This document shows positions 27,300 through 37,049 of a stretch of DNA of 64,000 nt, piece by piece. The notes below the pieces were generated by a model, which saw nothing but the letters and a program-made list of their open reading frames with translations, did no database searches and was not told the DNA's origin. The DNA lies in NCBI GenBank assembly GCA_016839585.1, contig JAEOTZ010000042.1:3859-67858 (forward strand). Reading direction: 5' to 3'. The stretch's first letter is position 1. The number at the start of each line of letters is the position of its first letter. The translations under genes and the position numbers were made by a program. Source of the DNA: Promethearchaeota archaeon. GTDB taxonomy: Archaea > Asgardarchaeota > Lokiarchaeia > Sigyniarchaeales > SOKP01.

Positions 27300-28958
27300 A
27301 TGAAAAATGATATATTTACTTTTCTTGTTGGCGGAAAAGCAGGAGAAGGCGTAAAGAAAGCTGGTTCAGTAGCGGCACATATTTTTTCAAGTATGGGACG
27401 TCATCTTTTTCAAATGGATGACTATATGAGCTTAATTAGAGGAGGTCATAATTTCTCAGTTGTTAGTACTTCCCGAAGATGGATCAGTAGTCATTATATG
27501 AAGGCAGATTTAATTGTAAATTTTGATAAAAGAAGCTGCGAAACTCATATTAACGAAGTTGCTGAGGGAGGGATTGTTATTTTTAATTCAGATGAGCAAG
27601 AGGATGTAGAAGGGATTGGAGTACCATTAAGCTCGATAGCTAAAAAATATCCACTTAAAAGCTTAATGTATGGAGTGGGTGCTGTCGCAGTCTTATCTTC
27701 TTTTATAGGTTTCAAGAAAGAAGAAATGAATCACATCATAAAATCTGAGTATCCAAGAGGTATTAAAGATAATATCTCTTTTGCTAGTGAGATATATGAT
27801 ATTGTAAATCCTGAATGTGGAAGTAAGTTTCCTTTAGAAAGAGGTGACTATAAGAGACCAATCATAACAGGCAACGAAGCAATAAGTTTGGGTGCGATTG
27901 CAGGTGGATTAGACACTTATTATGGATATCCAATGACTCCAGCCTCATCAATTTTGCATTTTTTAGCTGAACAAGCAGAAAATTTTGGTTTAGCAGTTGT
28001 TCATGCTGAAAGTGAAATTGCTGTAATAAATATGGCTATTGGTTCTGCATTTACAGGTGCAAGATCTATGGTTGGAACAAGTGGAGGGGGCTTTTCTCTT
28101 ATGACAGAAGGTTTTTCTTTGGCAGGTATGACAGAAACTCCCATATTAGTGATATTTTCTCAAAGACCTGGACCTGCCACTGGTGTGCCTACTTATACAG
28201 AGCAGGCAGATTTAAATTTTGCTTTATCAGCTAGTCATGGAGATTTCCTGCGAATTGTGGCATCTCCCGGGACCATAGAAGAAGCATATTACTTAACAGC
28301 AGAGATGCTGGACATTGTATGGAAATTTCAAACACCAGGAATTTTACTTACTGAAAAACATTTATCAGAATGTAGTATAACTGTGGATCTTGAGATTAAT
28401 AATGTTAAATGGGCTGAACCTAAGATGCATAAAGGTGGAGAATATAAGAGATATCTTGATACTGAGGATGGAGTCTCTCCCATGTTATTCCCTCCATCTA
28501 AAGAAGTTATAAAGTGGAATAGTTATGAACACGATGAATTTGGAATCACAACTGAAAAAGCTAATCTGATTGAAAAAATGCATGATAAAAGAAAGAAAAA
28601 AATTAAAGTAATTCAAGATTATTTGAAAAACTTAAATACTGTTAATATTTTTGGAAATGGAGAACCAATAATATTCACTTATGGATCTACTACGATGAGT
28701 GTATTAGAAGCACTTAAATGCAGGAATATTGAAGCAACTGTAGTTCAACCAATATTTTTAAAACCCCTTCCTCTTTGGAATCTTAAAAATTATGTGGATA
28801 AAGAAAATATAGTTGTAGAAATGAGTTCAACGGGTCAATTTGCGACTTTACTTAAAGAAAAAGTGGGCATCTCTCCTAAAGCAGAGTTAAGACAATATAA
28901 TGGAAGACCTTTTGATCCTATTGACCTATCAAATAAAATAATGGAGGTGTTAAAATAA
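27300..28958 (+). CDS. korA: 2-oxoacid:ferredoxin oxidoreductase, fused gamma-alpha subunit
   Basis: 552 aa. The N-terminus is the gamma domain (GGKAGEGVKKAGS), followed by the alpha-domain pattern GNEAISLGAIAGG..YPMTPAS. Confidence 0.85.
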   Translation: MKNDIFTFLVGGKAGEGVKKAGSVAAHIFSSMGRHLFQMDDYMSLIRGGHNFSVVSTSRRWISSHYMKADLIVNFDKRSCETHINEVAEGGIVIFNSDEQEDVEGIGVPLSSIAKKYPLKSLMYGVGAVAVLSSFIGFKKEEMNHIIKSEYPRGIKDNISFASEIYDIVNPECGSKFPLERGDYKRPIITGNEAISLGAIAGGLDTYYGYPMTPASSILHFLAEQAENFGLAVVHAESEIAVINMAIGSAFTGARSMVGTSGGGFSLMTEGFSLAGMTETPILVIFSQRPGPATGVPTYTEQADLNFALSASHGDFLRIVASPGTIEEAYYLTAEMLDIVWKFQTPGILLTEKHLSECSITVDLEINNVKWAEPKMHKGGEYKRYLDTEDGVSPMLFPPSKEVIKWNSYEHDEFGITTEKANLIEKMHDKRKKKIKVIQDYLKNLNTVNIFGNGEPIIFTYGSTTMSVLEALKCRNIEATVVQPIFLKPLPLWNLKNYVDKENIVVEMSSTGQFATLLKEKVGISPKAELRQYNGRPFDPIDLSNKIMEVLK

Positions 28959-28959
28959 A

Positions 28960-29799
28960 GTGGAAAATTTAAAAAGTAATGCTGAAATTACTTGGTGTCC
29001 AGGATGTGGTAATTTTGGGATCTTTACTGCCATTCGGAATGCAGTTCCAATATTAGAAGAGAAAGGAATTTCAAGAGAAAGAATTATAATGACTGCTGGG
29101 ATTGGATGTCATGCCAAGATATTTGATTATTTAAACTTAAGTGGTTTTTATGGTTTACATGGAAGGAATACCTCAAATTCTGAAGGAATTAAAATTGCAA
29201 ATCCAGATCTAAAAATAATTAATTTTTCTGGAGATGCTAATGGATTAGCAGAAGGATTGGCACATACCATGTTCGCAGCAAAAAGAAATCAAGATATAAC
29301 ATTTATTTTACATAATAATAGCGTGTATGCTCTTACTACAGGCCAATTCTCTCCATTAGCAGAAAAGGGATGGAAGGGACCTTCTACACCCAGAGGTAGC
29401 TACGAGGAACCGTTTAATCCGATGTCGTTGATGATCGAGGCTGGTGCTACTTTTGTTGCTAGAGGTTTTGCAGGAGATACAAAGCATCTCACCGATCTCA
29501 TAGTACAAGGAGTAGAACACGAAGGCTTTGCTTTCATTGAAATCTTACAACCTGCCGTTCCGTACCATAAGTGGGAAGAATATAGAGATCGTGTTCAATA
29601 TCTTGAAAAAGAACCAGAAACATATTGTGAAAGTATTAAGGCTGCCAAGGAAAAACATAAGTTTACAATTGGAGTATTCTATAGAACTACAAGACCAGTT
29701 TATTGTAAAGAGTTATATGGAGATTATAACCCAATTACAAAAAGCTTATCAAAAGAAGTAAGAATGGAAAGAATAAGAAAAATTCTTGAATCCAAATAA
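28960..29799 (+). CDS. korB: 2-oxoacid:ferredoxin oxidoreductase beta subunit (TPP-binding)
   Basis: 279 aa with a GTG start 2 nt after the korA stop. It has WCPGCGNFGI and GDANG...NN.VYALTTGQ TPP motifs. Confidence 0.85.
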   Translation: MENLKSNAEITWCPGCGNFGIFTAIRNAVPILEEKGISRERIIMTAGIGCHAKIFDYLNLSGFYGLHGRNTSNSEGIKIANPDLKIINFSGDANGLAEGLAHTMFAAKRNQDITFILHNNSVYALTTGQFSPLAEKGWKGPSTPRGSYEEPFNPMSLMIEAGATFVARGFAGDTKHLTDLIVQGVEHEGFAFIEILQPAVPYHKWEEYRDRVQYLEKEPETYCESIKAAKEKHKFTIGVFYRTTRPVYCKELYGDYNPITKSLSKEVRMERIRKILESK

Positions 29800-30033
29800 C
29801 ATTACAATCTTAGATGTAAACCAACAAGGAGATACTAAAAATTTATAACTTTTCCAACAATTAGTTTATTTTACTTTCCCAATTTCATACTATCTCTAAA
29901 CCTATTTAATTATTTTTGAAAAAGACTGTATATATATGAAAATTTAATTAAAAAAAAAGAAAGATTTTTTGTTTTTAATTTCTATTAAATTGAATCTTTT
30001 ATTTTTTAGCTATTAATACTCCGTTACTGATAT

Positions 30034-31236
30034 TCATAAAACGGCATCTAAAATGAAACCTACTAGGGTACCAGACCTATCATCATCAGAAGTAAAGACC
30101 ACAACTATGTTGTCTTCTGGAATAACAATTATCCGTTGACCATAAAGACCAGAAGCTGAATAATAATTAACAGAGGGCCACCATAAATATCCATAATCAA
30201 ACCAACCACCAAAATAGGGATTATAGCGAGTTATTTGAACACTCGTCGATTCTTCTATCCATTCTTTCGAAACAACTTGTCTCCACCACCACCAACTCCG
30301 CCACTTCCCGTCATTTAAGCACATCAATCCAATACGAGCCATTGCTCTATGTGTCATGAAAAGTCCGAAACCTCCATGATTTTTAATTGCAAGATCTCCA
30401 GTTCCCCATGTTGAAGCTCCTTCCCACCAATCCCATTCGCTATCTAGGATTTTAAGTGGTCTAAATAGATATTTTCGAGCAAAATCAGCCATTGTCATCC
30501 CACTCTTATTGGCGATCATCACTGATAACATTTCTGCATTTCCACTTGAATATGTAAATGCATAAGAATGCTCGAATCCAGGTTCGTAAGACATATTCCT
30601 GGTAAGATAATCATCGAGTCTAAAATCATTAAAATACCAAGGCCACCAGTCGCCCAGCTCATTCCATTCAATACCAGCATTTTGTAAGAGCAAATTTTCT
30701 ACAGTTATATCTAATTTTGCATCACCAAAAACGGGATCACCATATATTGTAGGATTCCATCTATCTGGGAAAACTTCGAAGAATGTAGTGTCTAAATCGA
30801 AAAGTCCCTGTTCAATAGCTATTCCAGTAAGCAGAGATACGATGGATTTAGTAACACTCCATAGACAATGCAAATTACCGTTTCGAAGCTGTATAAATGG
30901 ATCGGCTTCAGGCCATTCATAACTCTTTTGCTCCATGCGTTTAGAATCATTAAGGTATTCTTCATTAACTATGTATCCATTGCGAATAATTAAAGCACTA
31001 TGAAGATCAATTTCGTTTGCTTCGACAAAATCATACATTTCCTCTATCTTGCTTGAATTCATGCCTTGTCTTTCGGGACTTGTTTGACTCCACCAAAACC
31101 AACCAGGGAAATAATCTCGCCTTCTAAATCCACCACATGCAACTGTCTGATATGGGAAAAGTCCAAGAAAGATGATGACGGCAAAAGAAATTCCAATAAT
31201 AGTTAATTTTGAACTACGTTTCATAATCATTTTCAC
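30034..31236 (-). CDS. Secreted serine hydrolase, beta-lactamase/transpeptidase-like (class C family)
   Basis: 400 aa. It has an N-terminal signal/TM segment and an S-x-x-K motif in LWSVTKSIVSLL. The sequence is Trp-rich. Confidence 0.7.
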   Translation of the reverse strand: MKMIMKRSSKLTIIGISFAVIIFLGLFPYQTVACGGFRRRDYFPGWFWWSQTSPERQGMNSSKIEEMYDFVEANEIDLHSALIIRNGYIVNEEYLNDSKRMEQKSYEWPEADPFIQLRNGNLHCLWSVTKSIVSLLTGIAIEQGLFDLDTTFFEVFPDRWNPTIYGDPVFGDAKLDITVENLLLQNAGIEWNELGDWWPWYFNDFRLDDYLTRNMSYEPGFEHSYAFTYSSGNAEMLSVMIANKSGMTMADFARKYLFRPLKILDSEWDWWEGASTWGTGDLAIKNHGGFGLFMTHRAMARIGLMCLNDGKWRSWWWWRQVVSKEWIEESTSVQITRYNPYFGGWFDYGYLWWPSVNYYSASGLYGQRIIVIPEDNIVVVFTSDDDRSGTLVGFILDAVL

Positions 31237-31573
31237 TTATTTCTTTGAATTTTTGCGACAAAATTGTCGCATAACATATATTATATTATTGTATTTAAAA
31301 CTACTCATTTACATTTTTGTAAATTAAATCTATCGACAAATAGAGAAAAGAGAAAAGAAAAGTTTGGTAAGATTAAGAAGTATCAATAGAGTAATGATAT
31401 GAAAGAAATGATAAAAAGTAATGCGCAAAATACTTGGATCTAAATGAAGAAATAGTCCTATTTTTAATAATTTTCTGTTTTTATTTTGTTTTTAACAGTA
31501 CACTTATTAATTCTTGCACGAATTTTTAATTAAGTATATATATTGTTATGAAATTTTTAGTTAGAAGATAAGC

Positions 31574-32728
31574 ATGGAAATAACAAGAAGTGAAGATTGT
31601 CTAATATTTAATGGTCTTACACCTGAAATTACTAAGATGGATAGCGTCTATAATGCCCTCGCAGAATTCATGAAAAAAAAACAAGCGAATGATCCATCCG
31701 ATAGATTTAATTTTATAGTGTTTCAAGAAGATGGTCCAAATTATTTAAATAATTTTACTTTATACCCTGAATATATTATAGATACTTTAAAATCGTTAAA
31801 TGCTACAATAACTAGGGCTAATGTAGCGGGAGGAATCTTTGTGGCTGTAACATTCATAATTGATGTATTTAAAAAAATTTCTGATAAATTTTTTCGTTTA
31901 ATTATTCTTGTGGATGAAGGTTCTCGAAAAATTCCGCCTCAATTTATTCCTGTTTTGGAAGACCTAATTGGTAAAGTTAAAGATATGCCTTTTTTCATAG
32001 ATGTTATACGTATTAATGACTATAATTTTCAAGAAGGAGAAAAACTGAATAAATTGGCTAAAACATGTAATGGTAAATTATATCAAATTGATAGAATTCG
32101 AGATCTTTTTCCGTTATTAGACGAACTTTCAGAAAAAAAATATGTAAAAATACCTGAGTTTTATTTTAAACCAAGTGCTCCCTATATTCCAAACGAAAAT
32201 CAGCCATTTTATATTAATCTGGCTGATGCCCCAATAGAAGTAGAGAAAACGTCAACATGTGCTATTTGCTTTCAAAAAGATAATTATAATATTGTACAAT
32301 GCCCATCATGTGAAATTTTAGCTCATAAGACATGTTGGGCTCAATGGGCTAAAACTACTAATATTGGAATTCCACATGTCTTTAGGTGTCATAATTGTTT
32401 TAATATTTTAAAACTTGATAGTGATTTTGTTCATGATGTTCACGCAGGGAAAATACCTACAGCAGAACAATTAAGAGAAATAAAAGTACGGAATATTGTT
32501 GAATATTTACAGGATTTAGAGGCGGAGAAAAAACCAGAAATCATTCATGTTCCAGACCCAATGGCCCTGGAAGGTGTAGCTAACGAATATATTGAAGACG
32601 TTCCTCTAGAGAATAATATAAATGCGAGAAAAAAATCTGATATTAACGTAATAATTTGCCCTAATTGTAGTAAAATTGCTACAAGTATGAAAAAAAAATG
32701 TCCCTATTGTGGATTTCAATTATTTTAA
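31574..32728 (+). CDS. vWA-like domain protein with a C4HC3 (PHD/RING-type) zinc finger and a C-terminal zinc ribbon
   Basis: 384 aa. Residues 229-275 read C-x2-C-x10-C-x2-C-x4-H-x2-C-x17-C-x2-C. The C-terminus is CPNC...CPYC. The N-terminal alpha/beta region (..FNFIVF.., ..LIILVDEGS..) is only weakly vWA-like and has no clear MIDAS. Confidence 0.55.
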   Translation: MEITRSEDCLIFNGLTPEITKMDSVYNALAEFMKKKQANDPSDRFNFIVFQEDGPNYLNNFTLYPEYIIDTLKSLNATITRANVAGGIFVAVTFIIDVFKKISDKFFRLIILVDEGSRKIPPQFIPVLEDLIGKVKDMPFFIDVIRINDYNFQEGEKLNKLAKTCNGKLYQIDRIRDLFPLLDELSEKKYVKIPEFYFKPSAPYIPNENQPFYINLADAPIEVEKTSTCAICFQKDNYNIVQCPSCEILAHKTCWAQWAKTTNIGIPHVFRCHNCFNILKLDSDFVHDVHAGKIPTAEQLREIKVRNIVEYLQDLEAEKKPEIIHVPDPMALEGVANEYIEDVPLENNINARKKSDINVIICPNCSKIATSMKKKCPYCGFQLF

Positions 32729-32959
32729 ATTATTATCTCAAATATTCTAAATTTAATCTATAATTGGTTTATTTCTGAGAGTTATCTCTCTTTTAATTTA
32801 ACAGGGGAGAAATTCCAAATTGTTATATCATGATAGTCATGAAATAAAGAAAAAGTGTGAATATATTTAGCAAGTCTATTTATACTGTGATTGTTTATCT
32901 CTCTATTAATATTTTCAAATTGAATTACAAATAGATAAAAAATTTTATAAATTTGTAAA

Positions 32960-34156
32960 ATGTATTTGTATATCATGAGATGTTTTTTCACCAAAAAAAG
33001 GGCAATATTTTTAATTTGGATGTTTATAATCATATTAATTACAGGATGTTTGGAACTAACTAAGGATAAATCTAAAGCTTCGATAGAATTTAGCACTAAC
33101 ATAGAAAAAAACCTAAAACTACCCTCTTTCTGGAATTTAACGGGAACTTTTATGGAGACATATGTATACCATAATGGAGATATAGTAACTGAAGAACAGT
33201 ACAAAACAGTTGCTGGAATATTAATTGATGAAACATTAGAAAATTTCACTTGGAGTAAAACAGTCGCAACTTATCCTTGGTGCAATGGTTCTGGGACTAA
33301 AGAGGACCCCTATATAATTGAAAAAGTATATATAGATGGGCAATTTGCAGGAACCACATATTTGATCTACTCAAATATTTTAATTAGACATTCTAGAGCA
33401 TATTTCACTATCAGAGACAGTAGTTTACATAAAGCGGGACCAAATGATAATGCTGGGATTTACTTGTATAATACTACAAATGGAGTACTAACAAGAAATA
33501 ATTGTACTTACAATCGCAATGGAATATATCTATTTGAGAGTCATAATAATTCAATTACATATAATAGAATGCTAAGTAATCACAGTCTTATTGTGGGTAC
33601 AGGTAAAGCAATTTTTTTAGATGGATATGGAAATGGAAATGGGAGTTGTAATAACACTGTAGAAGATAATATTATAATAAATCACTACGATGGAATTGGT
33701 GTATGGTTTAGTTTAAATAATAAGATTAATAGGAATTTCTTAAATAATACTTTATTTGGACACTTCCCTGACACAGGACTATATCTTTGCGACTCTAATT
33801 ATAGCTATATAACTTTTAACACATTTGCAGGAGATTACGCTGATTATTCAAATCCCTACGGGGATTCTATAATTAACGAACAAAATTGTGTAGGAAATAC
33901 AATAGAAAATAATTTTGGAGGAAGCGGTACGAGTATTAGTTCTAGTTTGAAAATCCAAAACTCTGAATCTTGGTTTTATTTAGAAAATAGCAATTATAAT
34001 TATATTTATGGAAATAAATTAATAAGAACTCATCCAATCACAAAATCAGTAATCCCTGGGTACATTATCTACATTATAATTATCATTGAAGTAATGAGTG
34101 TAATCGCTATCTCCATACTTTTCAAGAAAAAGTTAACTAATGTAATAGAAAAATAA
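32960..34156 (+). CDS. Cell-surface right-handed parallel beta-helix repeat protein (NosD/pectin-lyase-fold-like) with a lipobox-like signal and a C-terminal TM anchor
   Basis: 398 aa. It has the signal ..IILITGC, repeated N-rich beta-helix turns (NNCTYNRNGIYLFESHNNSITYN..; NTVEDNIIINHYDGIGVWFS) and a C-terminal hydrophobic anchor IIYIIIIIEVMSVIAISILF. Confidence 0.55.
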   Translation: MYLYIMRCFFTKKRAIFLIWMFIIILITGCLELTKDKSKASIEFSTNIEKNLKLPSFWNLTGTFMETYVYHNGDIVTEEQYKTVAGILIDETLENFTWSKTVATYPWCNGSGTKEDPYIIEKVYIDGQFAGTTYLIYSNILIRHSRAYFTIRDSSLHKAGPNDNAGIYLYNTTNGVLTRNNCTYNRNGIYLFESHNNSITYNRMLSNHSLIVGTGKAIFLDGYGNGNGSCNNTVEDNIIINHYDGIGVWFSLNNKINRNFLNNTLFGHFPDTGLYLCDSNYSYITFNTFAGDYADYSNPYGDSIINEQNCVGNTIENNFGGSGTSISSSLKIQNSESWFYLENSNYNYIYGNKLIRTHPITKSVIPGYIIYIIIIIEVMSVIAISILFKKKLTNVIEK

Positions 34157-34220
34157 CTTTTTTCTTTTTTAATTAGTTGTTAAGTTAATAATTAGGAGAA
34201 TAAAATTAATTTCCAATCTG

Positions 34221-35579
34221 TTAAATTAAGTCTATTCGACCTATAGCTCTAAAAGGTAGTTCTATATTGAATTCATCATAGTTATATATTCGTCTACCAT
34301 CTACAAGATTTGGGTTTTTCATCAATTTCTTAAAATCAATGGGATTTAATGTTTTAAACTCTTCCCACTCAGTAATTAGGAAAGCACATTCAGAATCTTT
34401 TAATGCATCTTCTACGGTTCCAGCATATTGAATTTTATCTCCAAATACTTCTCTAGCTGTTTGATTCGCTTTAGGGTCATAACCTATAATATCAGTAACA
34501 TTTCGTTTTAATAATTCATTAACAATCCTAATACTTGCTGCTTCTCTCATATCATCTGTGCCTGGTTTAAATGAAAGACCTAAAAGTGTTACTCTTCTCC
34601 CTGCTAATTTACCAGCTAATTCTTCACCAATATTAACAATTTTAACAGCCTGATCATCATTTATACCCAGAACTGCTTCTAATAATCTAGAATGATATCC
34701 CTTAGCTTTTGCCCAAGCTTTAATAGCATTAACATCTTTATGAAAGCAAGAACCACCAAAACCTACTCCGGCACCCAAGAATCTTGGATTAAGTCTGTAA
34801 TCTAACCCTACACCCTTCATAACTTGGACGACGTCAACATTGGGTACTAGTTGAGCAAAATTAGCAAATTCATTGGCATAACTAATTTTTGTAGAGAGCA
34901 AGCAATTATTTCCATATTTTACTAATTCCGCACTTTCAAGATTCATTCGTAAAATAGGGCAGTTTTGAAGGTGTTCTCCATAGAAATATTCATAAAATTC
35001 TTGAAGCATTGCCCCACTCCTTTCATCAAATTCTCCAATAACGATTCTATCAGGATGTAAAGTATCTTCAATTGACCGACCTTCAGCTAAAAATTCTGGT
35101 TGCATACATAATCCAAAATCTTTCCCTGGTTCTTTTCCTGATATTTCTCTAATTATTTTGCCTACTAAATTTCTCGTCGTTCCGGGAACAACTGTAGATC
35201 TGACAACAACCAAATGATATTTATCTTTTTTCTTTAAGCTTTCACCTATTTCTCTTGCTGTACTCTCAATGAAACTTAGATCAATACTTTTATCTTCTCT
35301 CATTGGAGTTCCTTGAGTAATCATTGAAATGTCTGTTTCCATTACTGCTCTTATAGGATCTGTAAGGCATTGTAAAAGGTGGGGCATTTTTCTCTTAATT
35401 TCATCCATTATTTCTTGTAGGCCTGCTTCAAAAAAAGGAGCTTTACCTTCATTAATCTTCGCTGCCTTTTTTTCATTATGAGTAGAAGCTAATACTTTGA
35501 TATCTTTGTTAGCAAAGCAAGCCGCTGAGCAAAGTCCAATAAATCCAGTCCCTAGGATTGAAACACTATATTTATACAT
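34221..35579 (-). CDS. ugd: Nucleotide-sugar 6-dehydrogenase (UDP-glucose/UDP-ManNAc dehydrogenase family)
   Basis: 452 aa. It has an N-terminal Rossmann fold (ILGTGFIGL) and the catalytic Cys region GFGGSCFHKDV. Substrate specificity cannot be called. Confidence 0.8.
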   Translation of the reverse strand: MYKYSVSILGTGFIGLCSAACFANKDIKVLASTHNEKKAAKINEGKAPFFEAGLQEIMDEIKRKMPHLLQCLTDPIRAVMETDISMITQGTPMREDKSIDLSFIESTAREIGESLKKKDKYHLVVVRSTVVPGTTRNLVGKIIREISGKEPGKDFGLCMQPEFLAEGRSIEDTLHPDRIVIGEFDERSGAMLQEFYEYFYGEHLQNCPILRMNLESAELVKYGNNCLLSTKISYANEFANFAQLVPNVDVVQVMKGVGLDYRLNPRFLGAGVGFGGSCFHKDVNAIKAWAKAKGYHSRLLEAVLGINDDQAVKIVNIGEELAGKLAGRRVTLLGLSFKPGTDDMREAASIRIVNELLKRNVTDIIGYDPKANQTAREVFGDKIQYAGTVEDALKDSECAFLITEWEEFKTLNPIDFKKLMKNPNLVDGRRIYNYDEFNIELPFRAIGRIDLI

Positions 35580-35740
35580 AATAATTAGTTTTTTTTTTTA
35601 ATTATATTAGTTTATAATATTAAAGTTTTAATATTGTTTTCCGCATTAAATTAAATTATTCTGAAAAAGAAATTTCAAAAATCTTAAAATAATAAGAAAA
35701 TAGTATTACATTTATGAAATTTCAAAGGAGATTTTAGAAA

Positions 35741-37027
35741 ATGAAAGAATTAAGAAAAAAACTAAAAATCACAAGTAAAGCGTTAGATACAGTAAATAAA
35801 TTTCTTGTTGATGAAAATAATATTCTAATCAATAATTTATTTGAAATAATCGAAAAATATGGTGGCGTTGATGAAATCAATAAGAAAGCTAAAGAAGCAA
35901 GTGAATTAGATAATCTACTAAGTAAACTAAAAAATAAGAAGCCTGATTATGCGCAGGATATAGAATGGTTAATTGAACAAAGAGATAATAACGCTTTTAT
36001 TAGCATACCTGAATATAGAAAGAAAATCCTGGGAGAAAAATTTTCAGAAATGAGCTTTAATAAGGATTATGCTGTTACTTTAGAGCTTTCAGCTTGCCAG
36101 TACTTTCCATTTTTTATGGATATAGCAAGAGCCGCTATTGAAGATCAGAATTTAATGCCAGGTAGAATAATTCGTGTAAGAAAAATGAAGGAACAAGAAG
36201 TAGATGGGGATCTATTAGCAATGGCGACTGCTATGCAAATTATAGGGGCAACCTATGTCGAAACACTTGATACCAAGGGAACTGCTCCTGGTCCTGATGG
36301 ATTTCCTGTAAATGTCCATTTAGGAGGACCAGAAACTATAACGGGTTATTTTGGTGGAGTGGGGCAACCTAATGATTTTGCTTTAAAGTGGGTTGATGAA
36401 TATCTTTATTATTATACTAATTATGGTATCAAGCAAGTTCTAAATGTTAATCCAGGAACGGTTTTACTAGGATATTTTATTCATAAATTAGGGATTAATA
36501 ACGAATTTAAAATATCAGTATATATGGGAAATGATAATCCATATTCTTGCCTGTGGACTCTTTTAACAGCTAAACTATTCGCCAGAGAAGACGGAACAAG
36601 TCCGTTGATTGGTTTTAATCTTGCTAACTCAGTAAATAATGAAACAATTGAACTCACTGCTCATATTAGAAAAGCATTTGATTTTGAAGATGTTGTCAGA
36701 TTTGAACATCATGTGATTGAAACACAGAAAAGTATTGTACGCCAACCATATGATCGAAGAGAAGATTTATTGGAAGTTGCTATGAAAGTGAAAAATGTCA
36801 GTGCTAAACATGAAGGCGGTGATGTAGAAATAGATAAGAATAGAGAACATCCTTCAGATATTTTAGATTATTTTAGGGATAAGCAAGAGATTATTGATTC
36901 AGGTCATTGGGAATTTATGCGTAGAAATCACCTTGATAGATATATTGCTATTAATACTACGGCTAAAGTATTAACTGAAAACGGTATTGATATTATTGCT
37001 GCCCAAAATCTTCATCAAGTTGATTAA
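35741..37027 (+). CDS. Conserved-looking hypothetical protein (no family recognised), immediately upstream of the DapA-Fae fusion
   Basis: 428 aa with a strong AGGAG SD. It is globular and non-repetitive, and ends 22 nt before the next gene. Confidence 0.4.
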   Translation: MKELRKKLKITSKALDTVNKFLVDENNILINNLFEIIEKYGGVDEINKKAKEASELDNLLSKLKNKKPDYAQDIEWLIEQRDNNAFISIPEYRKKILGEKFSEMSFNKDYAVTLELSACQYFPFFMDIARAAIEDQNLMPGRIIRVRKMKEQEVDGDLLAMATAMQIIGATYVETLDTKGTAPGPDGFPVNVHLGGPETITGYFGGVGQPNDFALKWVDEYLYYYTNYGIKQVLNVNPGTVLLGYFIHKLGINNEFKISVYMGNDNPYSCLWTLLTAKLFAREDGTSPLIGFNLANSVNNETIELTAHIRKAFDFEDVVRFEHHVIETQKSIVRQPYDRREDLLEVAMKVKNVSAKHEGGDVEIDKNREHPSDILDYFRDKQEIIDSGHWEFMRRNHLDRYIAINTTAKVLTENGIDIIAAQNLHQVD

Positions 37028-37049
37028 ATAATAGAGGTTCGAAGAAAAG

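Noticed and set aside
32782-33249. 155-aa minus-strand ORF between the vWA/PHD gene and the beta-helix gene.
   Set aside because: It overlaps the 5' part of the much longer, domain-bearing plus-strand gene (32960-34156). It is low-complexity (I/N/K/L-rich) and has no recognisable motif. It is probably a shadow ORF.
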